Shown here: piece by piece, positions 24,767 to 37,056 of the stretch
Layout of the letters: the number at the start of each line of letters is the position of its first letter
Numbering within the stretch: the stretch's first letter is position 1
NCBI RefSeq assembly: GCF_001194135.2
Contig: NC_069001.1
Coordinates: 36,616,023 to 36,679,964 of the forward strand
Length of the DNA: 63,942 nucleotides
From: Octopus bimaculoides
Taxonomy: Eukaryota
Reading direction: 5' to 3'
Translations under genes and position numbers: made by a program
The notes under the pieces: generated by a model
Told to the model about the DNA's origin: nothing
Databases searched by the model: none
Seen by the model: only the letters and a program-made list of their open reading frames with translations

Positions 24767-26742
24767 CTATATATGCATATATATATATGCATGTATATAT
24801 GTATGTATATATATGTATAATTTTCNNNNNNNNNNNNNNNNNNNNNNNNNNNNNNNNNNNNNNNNNNNNNNNNNNNNNNNNNNNNNNNNNNNNNNNNNNN
24901 NNNNNNNNNNNNNNNNNNNNNNNNNNNNNNNNNNNNNNNNNNNNNNNNNNNNNNNNNNNNNNNNNNNNNNNNNNNNNNNNNNNNNNNNNNNNNNNNNNNN
25001 NNNNNNNNNNNNNNNNNNNNNNNNNNNNNNNNNNNNNNNNNNNNNNNNNNNNNNNNNNNNNNNNNNNNNNNNNNNNNNNNNNNNNNNNNNNNNNNNNNNN
25101 NNNNNNNNNNNNNNNNNNNNNNNNNNNNNNNNNNNNNNNNNNNNNNNNNNNNNNNNNNNNNNNNNNNNNNNNNNNNNNNNNNNNNNNNNGGGAGGGGGAA
25201 GGGGCTTATTTGTATCTTTTACGATGCAAAAAAATATTTGTTTTTACAATTTAAAGAAAAGAAATCTTTGTTAACATATGGACTTTTGGTTGGCCCCAGG
25301 AGGGGCAAGAAAAATGTTAGTCTACCAGAAACACTTTAGTTTCCTATGTGTCGATTTTTGGTGGTGGTGGGGGGGGGGGTTCATTCATCCTTTAGGTTTC
25401 TAATCTGGCCATGCCCATCCAGTTTTTTTTCTTTTGTAGTATTCAATATATTCATTATTTTTTAAAGATGGCTGAGGGAAATTTGAAGGAGGCATGTTTG
25501 CTATTTATTTCTATTAGGTCAAGCAAGTGCTTTGAGACCTCATGAGTACAACATATCTCGACTATCACATTGCACTTGGTATGATTCACCAGTGCATGTC
25601 AGAGTCTGCAATATGATCCTCAGCTGCAGTATCAAGGTATATCTGGAACTCTAAAAAATCTATTGCTTTGTACCTAGTTGGTCAGTTAACCAGCTGAATA
25701 CTTGTGCGCCATAGGTCTGCTTGATCATTGGAGCTAATCTCTTGAGGCTACATAACAACATTAACAACACAGCCATCCAACCTGCTAGAAATAGCTACTA
25801 AATCTCCCTCAAATTATATCTTATTTTAAAGAAATGAAAGAGATTTTGGATTATGTAATCCTTCATACAGTCAGAGAAGCCATACGATCTTTGGCCATAC
25901 ACAGGCATAGTATATCTGGAGCTCTAAAAACCTGTAACCTTGTCATACATGGTTGGTCAGTTGGCTAAATACCTTCTTGCTATTGGTCTGTTCAAAAACA
26001 ACCAGCTTGGACTTCATTTCCTTCTATAATTTTCTTTTCTTTTTGTCACTCTTTGGCAAGTGGAGGGTGTTTAAAGAGACTTTTGTTGTTGTTGTTGTTG
26101 TTGTTATTGTAAAGGTGGTGAGCTGGCTGAATTGTTAGTGCATCAGACGAAATGCTTAGAGATAATTTTTCCAGTTTTGTGTTCAAATTCCTCTGAAGTC
26201 GACTTTGTTTTTCATCTTTCCACGTTAATAAAATAACGTACCAGTAAAATTCTGTGGATCATTGTGCTCAACTTACCGATCCCCCCCCCCCTTAAACTAA
26301 TGGCCTTGTACCAAAATTCAAAACAATTAATGTTATTATTAATATTATTAATATTTCATTTTTAAATTGGTGGAAATATATTTATATCTCACTGAAGTTT
26401 GTTGTATGTTTTTAAAATAGCAAACTTTTCATCTTCGTTCTTACATTTTACATCCAGATCAGCAGTTTATAATTGCAAACAGCTTGCAATTTTTGTTTTT
26501 TCTCTTTTTTTATCTCTCTTCTTTATTGGTGAACACCAGAACAAAAAAGAACAAAAGTAATAAACTAAAAAAAAGCAAACAAAAACTACTCCCCACCACC
26601 ACCACCCCAAATCTCAAAATAACTTGGTACACTTATCAAGCTTCTTTCTATTTCCTTGCCTCTGTCCTTCTCATTCTTCCTTTAAAATCTACCCAAACCC
26701 CTTCTCTGTATACTTATTGAGTTTGTCTCCTATTTATTATTA

Positions 26743-26785
<43 letters not shown>

Positions 26786-27202
26786 CATCATCATCATCAT
26801 TATTAATCTACTTCCTTCATGACCTCATGACATCACTCTGTTTTAACATGTCTTCATCATATTCCTCTACCACTACTCCTCCTCCACCTCCACCTTCTTG
26901 CTTCAGCCATCCTCACTCAGTCTCTCTCTCCTTCCAGATTTTACACTTTACTTCATCAACACCACCTTCCCCTCTGCAGGGTTTTGCACTTATTTACTTT
27001 CCTCTTCCTCCTCCCCCTCTCTTTTTCTCATCTCAACCCACACCACTTCACTTAGAATTTTTTTTATTGTTATCTTCAACTCCAGAAAATATATGTGTGT
27101 GTGTGTGTGTAAATAAGTAAATGTTATCACGCATACATGTTTGTGTGTGTATCTTAGAGTGTGCTTTTTTCCAGATTTAAGTATTTCAACAAATAATAGT
27201 AA

Positions 27203-27255
<53 letters not shown>

Positions 27256-27965
27256 AGAGAGAGATTACATGTGTGTATGTATGAATGAATGCATGGGCAT
27301 ATGCACACATCCAAGGACCTGAGACTTCTATTTTCAGTTTCAATTCTCTCAACTTAATCTTAGATTCTTTCCAATAAAATAACTTCAACTGACTCTCAAA
27401 GATGGTAAATTCTTATCTCTGCTAGAAGACTGCTTATTAATTTCACTCTTGCAAAGAGAGAGAGAGAAATGGAAGTGGGGAGAGACAGAGAAGAAGGGGA
27501 AAAGAGAGAAAGAGTCCAATATATTTTTAACAGTTCTAAATGTTTTTTTCCTTATATTTTTGTTTGTTTGTTGATTTTTTTCTTTCCCTCTTTTTTTTGG
27601 TTGGGGTAGGGATGAGGCAACTTTTTTTTTTCTTATTTTCCCTCTAGCTTAAATGAAATGCATATACCCCTTCCTCCCCTTTATGGACATACATATGTAC
27701 ATATAATCCTTTAAGGGATGTTTGCATCCTAGTTCTTCGGTTGATACCAGTGTTCAGTGAAAAACTAAACACGTTAGTTTTGCATTGATGGATTTGGGTA
27801 TTTAAAATATTTATGAATGAGGACAAGAAGAAAATGGAGAAACTGACAGATAGACATTAGGTTATTCAAAGATATTTAAATCAATATATGAAATTCTTAT
27901 CCCTACAGCTGTTTCCATATCCAATTAATTCAATTAAAGAAATTAAATTAAGTTGAAACTGGTTA

Positions 27966-28076
27966 ATTGGGTATTTCGTCAGGGAAGAATTTCCCAGAAA
28001 GGAGTTACATTCTAATGTGTTNNNNNNNNNNACGTAACTCCTTTCTGGGAAATTCTTCCCTGATGAAATACTCAAT
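27966..28076. repeat. 43-bp inverted repeat pair flanking a 10-N gap (probable MITE ends)
   Basis: 27966-28008 versus the reverse complement of 28034-28076, 41/43 identical. Confidence 0.75.
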
Positions 28077-29492
28077 GCATGTGTGTATTGTATATGTATG
28101 TATGTATGTATGTATGTATACACATATATATACACACACAAACACTTTACAAATTAGAGATTAAGAACTCAATACATGTGATTATTCATTTGAAGTCAGT
28201 TCTTTTGTGTGTAAACAGACAGACAGGCAGACAGACAGATATAGATGGATGTAACTTTTATATCTGTTTAAGGTTTTCTCCTGTAATGAGTGGGTGTCCT
28301 GAAGTGGAGNNNNNNNNNNNNNNNNNNNNNNNNNNNNNNNNNNNNNNNNNNNNNNNNNNNNNNNNNNNNNNNNNNNNNNNNNNNNNNNNNNNNNNNNNNN
28401 NNNNNNNNNNNNNNNNNNNNNNNNNNNNNNNNNNNNNNNNNNNNNNNNNNNNNNNNNNNNNNNNNNNNNNNNNNNNNNNNNNNNNNNNNNNNNNNNNNNN
28501 NNNNNNNNNNNNNNNNNNNNNNNNNNNNNNNNNNNNNNNNNNNNNNNNNNNNNNNNNNNNNNNNNNNNNNNNNNNNNNNNNNNNNNNNNNNNNNNNNNNN
28601 NNNNNNNNNNNNNNNNNNNNNNNNNNNNNNNNNNNNNNNNNNNNNNNNNNNNNNNNNNNNNNNNNNNNNNNNNNNNNNNNNNNNNNNNNNNNNNNNNNNN
28701 NNNNNNNNNNNNNNNNNNNNNNNNNNNNNNNNNNNNNNNNNNNNNNNNNNNNNNNNNNNNNNNNNNNNNNNNNNNNNNNNNNNNNNNNNNNNNNNNNNNN
28801 NNNNNNNNNNNNNNNNNNNNNNNNNNNNNNNNNNNNNNNNNNNNNNNNNNNNNNNNNNNNNNNNNNNNNNNNNNNNNNNNNNNNNNNNNNNNNNNNNNNN
28901 NNNNNNNNNNNNNNNNNNNNNNNNNNNNNNNNNNNNNNNNNNNNNNNNNNNNNNNNNNNNNNNNNNNNNNNNNNNNNNNNNNNNNNNNNNNNNNNNNNNN
29001 NNNNNNNNNNNNNNNNNNNNNNNNNNNNNNNNNNNNNNNNNNNNNNNNNNNNNNNNNNNNNNNNNNNNNNNNNNNNNNNNNNNNNNNNNNNNNNNNGGGG
29101 TGGGGGGGTCCATAAATTCAGTACTGTGAGCAATCTAATTGACTGGCCCCCTTGGTGGTGGTGGTGGTGGTGGTATGAAGTGTGGTTATGTTGTGATGTC
29201 CAGCAGTTTGGTCAGCTGCAGAAATTTAGCCAGATGGGTTTTTAATCACAGTCCCTGTTGTTTCAGTGGACTGACCTGACCACCTGACCTTTTTTGGGGA
29301 GTTGAAGAGTGGATGGTAACTGGCAGCAGTAGAGTTTGGGAGGAGTGGGGTGGAGATGGGTTAAGCAGATGGTCATGGTGGTAGGATCGTGTGTGGGGGG
29401 AAGGGGGGTCATTATCATAAAATGGTTGGTTGATTTAACCCTGCTCACACACATTCACAGCCCACACATATAGCATACACACAGAAAAACTT

Positions 29493-29523
<31 letters not shown>

Positions 29524-30059
29524 TAAGCACAGGCTAGTACACATACTTACAGGCACACACTCAAATGCAAACACACACACATATATATTTACAACCCACA
29601 CATACATCAGATACACACACACACACATTGACAGCTTTCAATTCCAGAGTTGTTACTTTTTTCTTTTTGCTTTGTTGTTTTCCCCTAAATAAAAGGGAGC
29701 TTCTGTCTGTTTCCATCCCCTCTGCAGCCCCCTTTTTTTCGAAAGAGATCTGTAGAGTGCAGTAGAGACTTCAGTTATTTACTACTTTATTCTGTGTTCA
29801 AATTCTGTTTTAAGGGAACCTCTTTGTGTGGTCTGCTAGAAATAGCAGTCAAATCTCCTTTATCTCACATACTTACAAATAAAAAAAAAAAAGCAAGTAC
29901 ACATTGGGTAGTGTAGTCCTAGATATATATGTCTGGGAATAAGTCATGATGGTCTTATTTTGGAATGTCTTTGATTATAGAGAGATCTAACCTAACTTTT
30001 CCCATTTTGGGAACCCTTGAAATATATCTTATGCCTTAGGGAATCCTCTACATAGATAT

Positions 30060-30230
30060 TATGGCCGTGTGGTTAAGAAGCTTGCTTCCCAACTACATGG
30101 TCTCGAGTTCAGTTCCACTGCATGGCACCTTGGTCAAGTATCTTCTATTGTAGCCCTAGTTGCCCATAGTCTTGTGAGAAGATTTGGGAGACAAAAACTG
30201 GAAGGAACCAATTGGATGTATGTGTGTATG
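30060..30230 (+). mobile_element. SINE family A 5' half
   Basis: tggccgtgtggttaagaagcttgcttcccaactacatgg...agttcagttccactg. Confidence 0.7.
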
Positions 30231-30489
30231 AATGTAAGTGCATATTTGTCTTTTTGTGTATGTGTGTGTGTGTGTGTGTGTTCTTGTCTTCACATCATGC
30301 ACTAACTGTAAATAAATATGATTGTCATAGAAGCACCATCACTTGCTTGCAGGCTTAGCTGAAAAGAGGGGGTTGGTAACAAGATGGGTAGGTACACAGC
30401 CATAAAAAAAAGAACTCTGCCTCCACGTTTCTCATCTGCTCCAAACAATCACAGAAAAGTGGATGTTAAAATGTGGTGGTGGAATATTA

Positions 30490-30665
30490 GTGGGAGGAGA
30501 TTAATCAATACCATTGACCCCGCTATTTGGCTGGACCTTATTTTATCAACCCCAAAGGAATGAAAACAAAGTTGACCTCAGTGTGGTTTGAACTCAGAAC
30601 ATAAAGGGCTGGAAGAAATGTCATCAAACATTTTATCTGCTACCCTAACAATTTTGCCAGCTTCG
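30490..30665 (-). mobile_element. SINE family B copy, decayed
   Basis: ttttatcaacccc...gttgacctcag...tttgaactcagaac...ttttgccagct. Confidence 0.6.
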
Positions 30666-31056
30666 TATACATAATAAAACAAAATTTAATCATTAGCATT
30701 TGCATATAATTAGCATATTTATTCCTTCTTTCTTGCCAAACGTTGGGGCTCCAAGCAAACCCTGCTGGGAAATGCCGACCACCCTCGATGAAACCCTGAT
30801 TACCTATGTTACTAGGATTTAAACTTCTATTTTTAATTATTAATCTAAATTTTATTTCCATTATCATTTCAGACCTGACCGTTATTAATTAAAATTATCG
30901 TTAACGAATTAAATGTTTTTGTTGTTGTTGTTGTTTTTTTTCTGTTTTGTTTTTGTTTATCTTAAATTAAAAGTAAGTTCATGTGTAGAGCTATACTAGT
31001 AATAGTAGTAGTAGTAATAATAATAATAATAAATATTCTTTCTTTAATATTTACAG

Positions 31057-31140
31057 GCCCATGTGGTGGCTGCTTTCGAGCAGAGTTTGTCAAATATGAC
31101 AAATAGACTTCAGCAATTAACTGCTAGTGCAGAGCAGAAG
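31057..31140 (+). CDS. NAV2: Neuron navigator (NAV2/unc-53/sickie family) internal coding exon, coiled-coil: AHVVAAFEQSLSNMTNRLQQLTASAEQK
   Basis: Acceptor ttacag at 31051-31056, donor gtcagt at 31141, 84 nt, phase 0/0. The translation matches the recalled navigator motif AHLVAAFEQSLGNMT.RLQ.LT.TAEQK. It is homologous to the whole NAV1/2/3 family, so the symbol is indicative only. Confidence 0.93.
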
Positions 31141-31729
31141 GTCAGTTGATAATTAAACCCACCCTCCCCACCTGTCTCACCTTATCCCCTTCAATTAAAC
31201 TAATTATTATAATTATTTTCCCTTTATTTTTGTTTGTTTGCTTGTTTGTGTTTGTTGTTTTCTTTTTTTTAGACGACAGATTTTTCTGGGGGTTTTTTTT
31301 TTTTTTTTGGTCTTTGTTTTATCTTGTTTCGTTGCATTTGCCCCTAGTAGGTTGTTTATTCTTTTCATTAACTAATTAATTAATTAATTTTTAATTTAAT
31401 TTTCAATTTATGAATTTTATTTATTTTTTTTTTTTTACATTATAACTTGTCTGTTTCTTTCTGCTAAAAGAGACGTTACTAAACATCAACCACATCAAAT
31501 CTCATCAGTTCTCTCCCACTGACTGACTAAACATAAAAATGAAGATATAAATTTGTACTAACCTTCTATCTTTAAGATAGAGACCAACCTGTGAACTTTA
31601 ACCCTTTTGTGTTGCTATTTCTAACAGATTTGCCATTTCAGTTTTCAAAATAATGAAAGTTTCTAAGATTTATAGTTGAGTTAAATATAAGCATCAAAGT
31701 CCAAATTCTGAGGCTGTCTCCCTCTAGAT

Positions 31730-31931
31730 CAAGGGTTCTCAGCTATTTTTGGTCGCTGGACCCTTCTGATTCTTCATTTGCTCAGTTGGACCCTCATAGC
31801 CATTCTGTGTTCAAAAAATTAAAATTATTTTGTGTTTTGTAGAAGTAGAACCAGTTTATTGTGCATAAATTTTAGCAACAAAATCTTATGCAGACCCCCA
31901 AGGGTCATATGAACCCTGTTGAGGACCACTG
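31730..31931. mobile_element. hAT (Charlie/MER5-like) MITE
   Basis: TIRs caagggttctcagc and gttgaggaccactg. The 8-bp flanks ctctagat and ctacagat (6/8 identical) resemble the NTCTAGAN target of Charlie elements. Confidence 0.7.
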
Positions 31932-32079
31932 CTACAGATTCTTAAAGAGGATGAAGTGTATTTCTGTCCCCAGACATGGTGAGGGCTGCTTTGCACTTGG
32001 ATAGATGCAAGAATAAGGGCAAAAGTCTATCTCAGGCACTTTGATAGCTTTTATCATCTAATAATGAGATTCTTGTACT

Positions 32080-32835
32080 TTTGAAAATAATGAAAAATCC
32101 AGTAACTTAATTTTCTCATTAAGCTGGTGTTTAGAATGTTTAGAACAAAATTCAACATGGAATTTAGATCATTTTAACCTTTTAGCATTCAAACTGGCCA
32201 TTATCTGGACAAAATATTTTACCTGTTTTATGTTTAAACTGACCAGATCTGGCCTCTGCCATCTTACCTGTAATTTCATTCTAAAACTATTCAATTACAT
32301 CATCAAAATCTTGAAGCTACAAGATAATACATGATTAATTCAAAACAATGTAAATAAATAAGCATTACATTTGATAGAAGGATTTGAATGCTAAAAGGTT
32401 AAAACATATCAGTCTCAGGTGGGTTGGCATCAAAGGGGTTAAATAAAGCTTGTAAGTTGGCAGGCAGGGAACCAGAAGGTCTGAGCCAAACGTTTGCCAT
32501 TCTGTAAAAGGCAGAGAAGGATCCACTCAACTTTTGTTACCCTATTTCTACTGAAATACCTTTATTTCCATTGATTTTGATGAAGAATTTAGTAAAACAA
32601 CTTTCCCATTATTAACTTGGTTTTTGGAACATAAACTGATTTCAAATTTTGGCATAAGGCCAGCAATTTCTGGGGAAGGGGTCAGTTGATTACATCGACC
32701 TCAGTGTTTGGCTGGTACTCCCAAAGGCAAAGTTGACCATGGCAGAATATAAATTAACATTAGGTTTCATAGAGGGTTTTAATTTCAATCATTTTAAAGT
32801 ACAGAGTTTGTTTCTTAGAACCAGGGGTGGTTTTA
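32080..32835 (-). mobile_element. MITE D, module X, MITE D on the minus strand, with MITE E (32174-32402, +) and a SINE B fragment (about 32640-32745) nested
   Basis: E has ttaacctttt...ctaaaaggttaa ends. Module X is reverse-complemented at about 32452-32527. Confidence 0.65.
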
Positions 32836-33369
32836 AATTGTTATCAAAAGAGATAAACAGATGAATATAAATTGGTAATAGACCTGTGATAAGTGTTTCC
32901 TTCTAGATCAGATTTGACATTGGTGTTATAGTATTTCTGTTGTAATACAATATCTTGGTTCCAATTAAGTTTTAAAATAATAAAGTATTTATTAGAATAA
33001 CTTTGACATAAATTAACATGAAAAATGGAGGTAGAACATGGCATTTGTATCATAGAACTGAGGGTGGTCTCAGGTAGGTTAGTACCAAAAGGGTCAGCAA
33101 AGGTTGGTTTCGTTGCTATGTTTGTATGGAAATGGTTAAGAAAGTAATTCAATGTTGCCTTTGTAAACATAGTCACTAATCCAGTGGTGATGTGAGAAGA
33201 TAGTAACTAGCATGCTTTTTGTTGTCTTTTTGTTTTTTCATTTTTCTTTGTTTTTAGTGAAATGGTCTCCAAATATCCCACAAGAGCAGTAAGAGACTGG
33301 TTAGATTTGAGAAAGTGACACATTGGCTTTAACACAATTACATACTCTAGTGAGTTTTTAGACAGACCG

Positions 33370-33587
33370 TGATCTCTTAGTTTTAAGAGAATGAAAGTGA
33401 ACTGTTAGTTTTAAAAGAGTGACACTGACCTCTTAGTTTTAAGAGAGTGACACTGGCCTATTAGATTTAAGGAAGTGACACTGACCTGTTAATTTTAAGA
33501 GAGTGACCACTGACTTGCTAGTTTTAAGTGAGTGACGCTGACCTGTTAGATTTAAGAGAGTGATACTGAACTGATAGCTTTAAGAAA
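33370..33587 (+). repeat. 28-bp minisatellite, about 7.5 copies, consensus TTAGTTTTAAGAGAGTGACACTGACCT(C/G)
   Basis: Contiguous units read directly, with no unique spacers. Confidence 0.85.
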
Positions 33588-34108
33588 GGCTCGTATCTGT
33601 ATTAAAAGCAAGAGATCATTCATCAAATTATTTAATGTGCTCTGATATATTAGGCAATTAGAGAAATGAATGTTCTACAAATATAAATTGAACAAATGGT
33701 AATGGGATCTTATTTTATACCTGAAAATTTCAGAGAATAACGACAGGTTTTATACTGAGAAACTTGTAAAGCACTTTTGCTGGGCATGCGTTTATACCTT
33801 TTCATGTAGATGCTCCATCATGGCCACAATCCAATAACTTAGATCGCATATAAGAATAGACACACCCATGCATTTATACACACAGAAATGTTCACAGACT
33901 TACGCATACTGACACACAGTCACATCGACACACACTTGCAGACACGTGGTCATATTGCACATTCTCAGACACACCCACGTCTACTTGGCACTATGTCCTC
34001 CCTCCCCACATGCATTCTTACACAAACACAGATGCACTCACATGCATACTACTGCAAACATACACACATACATTCATACTCTCACACGCAGACAAACAAG
34101 CAGGCACA

Positions 34109-34139
<31 letters not shown>

Positions 34140-34945
34140 GAACATGCATGCATACTCTCTATATGTATAGACACAACTCCCCACACACTCAAACATACAC
34201 ACGCACAAACACACACATATGCAACTATTACAAACAGACACACACATGCATACTCCCACAGACTAGATACAACTCCCCCCCCCCACGCACTCTCACACAC
34301 ACCTCACTTTATGCATTCACTCCACTCGGTCGCCAATTTGGAAGTTATAAATGTGTTTATTTTGGCAATCAATTTCTTAAAAGCAAAAGCTACTTGTTCA
34401 GTAATTAGTTCTGGATGGTAGAAAGAAGTGCTACAAAATCAATTTGTCTTATTAGAATCAAGAAACAGCAAAGGGGAAAGCAAAAACAAACCTTAATATG
34501 TATAATAACAAATAAATAAATTAGAAAAAATAAAGTAGTTCCAGAATTTTCAATTATCCCCCCTCCCCTCCTTTTTGCACCCACATTTATATTGTCCCTT
34601 TTTTTGACAATAGGCCAAACACACCACCCTGTTTAATACCCACATCTAGTTTGGGAGTTTTTTTTTTTCCTTTTAGCAATAGACCTTCTGCACCCCCACC
34701 CCCACCACTTATGTTATTTCTTCAGATGGCTATGTGGTAAGAAGTTTGCTTCTCAACCACATAGTTTCGGGTTCAGTCACATTGTATGGCACACCTTGAG
34801 CAAGTATCTTCTACTATAGCCCCAGACTGACCAAAGCCTTGTGAATTGATTTGATTAAATAAAACTGAAAGAAGCCCATATTATGTATGTTCGTGCATAT
34901 ACATATATAGATATAAATAGGTGTGTGAGTGTTTTTATACATATA

Positions 34946-35357
34946 TAGGTGTAGGAGTGGCTATGTGATCAATAGCTTGCTTCCTAACCACTTGGTTCCG
35001 GGTTCAGTCCCACTGTGTGTTACCTTGGGCAAGTGTCTTCTACTATAGCCTCGGGTCAACCAAAGCCTTGTGAGTGGATTTGGTAGATAAACTGAAAGAA
35101 GCCCGTCGTATATATATATGTNNNNNNNNNNCGTATATATATGTATGTATGTGTGTTTGTGTTTGTCCCCCTCCCCCCAGCATCACTTGAAAACTGATGT
35201 TGGTGTGTTTACATTCCTGTAACTTAGCGATTTAGCAAAAGAGACCAATAAAATAAGTACTAGGCTTACAAAGAATAAGTCCTGGGGTCGACTCGTTCAA
35301 ATAAAAAGACAATGCACCAGCATGGCCGCGGTCAAATGACTGAAACAAATAAAAGAA
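34946..35357 (+). mobile_element. SINE family A, full length, preceded by a 5' half copy at about 34725-34880
   Basis: Box-A-like tggctatgtg and box-B-like ggttcagtccc head, central (TA)n, tail ending gactgaaacaaataaaagaata. Confidence 0.8.
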
Positions 35358-37006
35358 TATATACATGTGTGTGTATAAGTATATTTGTGTATTGGTGTGT
35401 GTGTGTGTGTGTTTGATAGCCCTTGACTTGACATCACACCAAGGTTGGAACCAGGTAAGAGTTGGCAACAGGAAGAGCATATGGCCATAAAAAAATCTGC
35501 CTGAACAAATTCCATCGACTCATTCAAGCATGTAAAAGTGAACATTAAAACGATGATGATGATGATGATGATTCCACTGCAACCACTGAGATTTCTTTGG
35601 TAAAAATTGCAAAGAACTTTTTTCCATTTATCTGCAAAACAGTGTGTAGTCGTCTGATGGAGGAGTTAAAAAACTTGGTGAAGAAAATGCTGATTTATCT
35701 GTCGTAGTGATTATTGGCTTTTGTTGTTTTCGATGCCATTTTCCACTGCTGACCACTGAACAGTGAAGCAATGAATGAAACCTAATTTTTCAGACAAATT
35801 AGCAACCTGCTCATTTATAATAATCTTCTTCTGCAAAGGCAGACAGTTAATTAACAATTGTTAGGTTTGTTGGCTAAATTCATCATCATCATCACCTTCG
35901 TTTCAACATTCGCTTTTCCGTGCTTGTTTGGGTCAGAGGATCGGATTTTTCTATAACCAGATGTCCTTCCTATCACCAACCCTCCTGTTTCTCCGTGGCC
36001 AGATATGTTTCCATGGAAAGATCGGAAATAACAGGCACTGCTTGTATGACAGTGATATTCATTTACAACAATAATATACTGTCATGTCAAGGATGCACAT
36101 ATGCACACACATCCACATATGTAAATAAAAGGATTGAGCACTCTTCTTGAGCCCTATGGACTCATAAGGGCTGNNNNNNNNNNCACTCTTCTTGAGCCCT
36201 ATGGACTCATAAGGGCTGGTTTCCTGGTTTCCATGGCATATATATATATATATATATATATATACCCTCTGGGCTGAAAGCCAGTCTGTTGCAGGATTAC
36301 TCGTTTTTGCCAGCTGAGAGGACTGGAGCAAACATGAAATGAAGTGTTTTGCTCAAGGACACAATGCATCACCCACTCCAGGAATTGAAACCACAATCTT
36401 AAGCTAATTAGTTCAACACCCTATCCACTTGGCCACACGCACATATATACAACAAGCTTCTTTCAGTTTTCGTTCACAAATCTTTGGTTGGCCCAAGGCT
36501 ATAGTAGCAGACACTTGACGAAGGTGCCAGTCAATATGTCTGAACAAATAAAACATAAATTACATAAACAACCTCATCATTTGGTTAAAGTCTTTCAGCA
36601 AAGTTCTCATTAAGTGAATATGTGTCTGTGTTTGTGTGTTGTCGTTAAATCATTGTTTGTTGTTATTTTTTATCATTAGAGATTTTTTTTTGTTAATTTT
36701 ATTCTTTGTTTGTTAAAAGTTTTGATTTGATTTCATTTTGGTTTTTGTTGTTTTCCTTTTCTTTTTTATATTTTATGTGGAAAACATTTTAGGGAAGCAA
36801 GAGAGTTTGGTTGCTTTTGTTTTTATTACGTGAACTTCTGTACAGGTGAACACACATGTGAGGGTGCATAGAATATCTACATCTATTCATGTGTGTGTAA
36901 ATATATATATACATACATACGGACACATAAATACATGTGTGTGCATATGTATTTATATATGTATAAATATATATATATTTGTATGTGCATACATTTTATA
37001 TGTATG

Positions 37007-37056
<50 letters not shown>

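Noticed and set aside
28060-28075. CTGATGA here and at 23277, 31502 (minus) and 37890 (minus) as further hammerheads
   Set aside because: There is no downstream stem II plus GAAA plus stem III arrangement
33370-33587. 28-bp repeats as a CRISPR array
   Set aside because: The units are contiguous with no unique spacers, no cas genes are present, and the context is a eukaryotic intron
34946-35030. Box A/box B sequences as tRNA genes
   Set aside because: They are heads of multi-copy SINEs and I could not fold a cloverleaf
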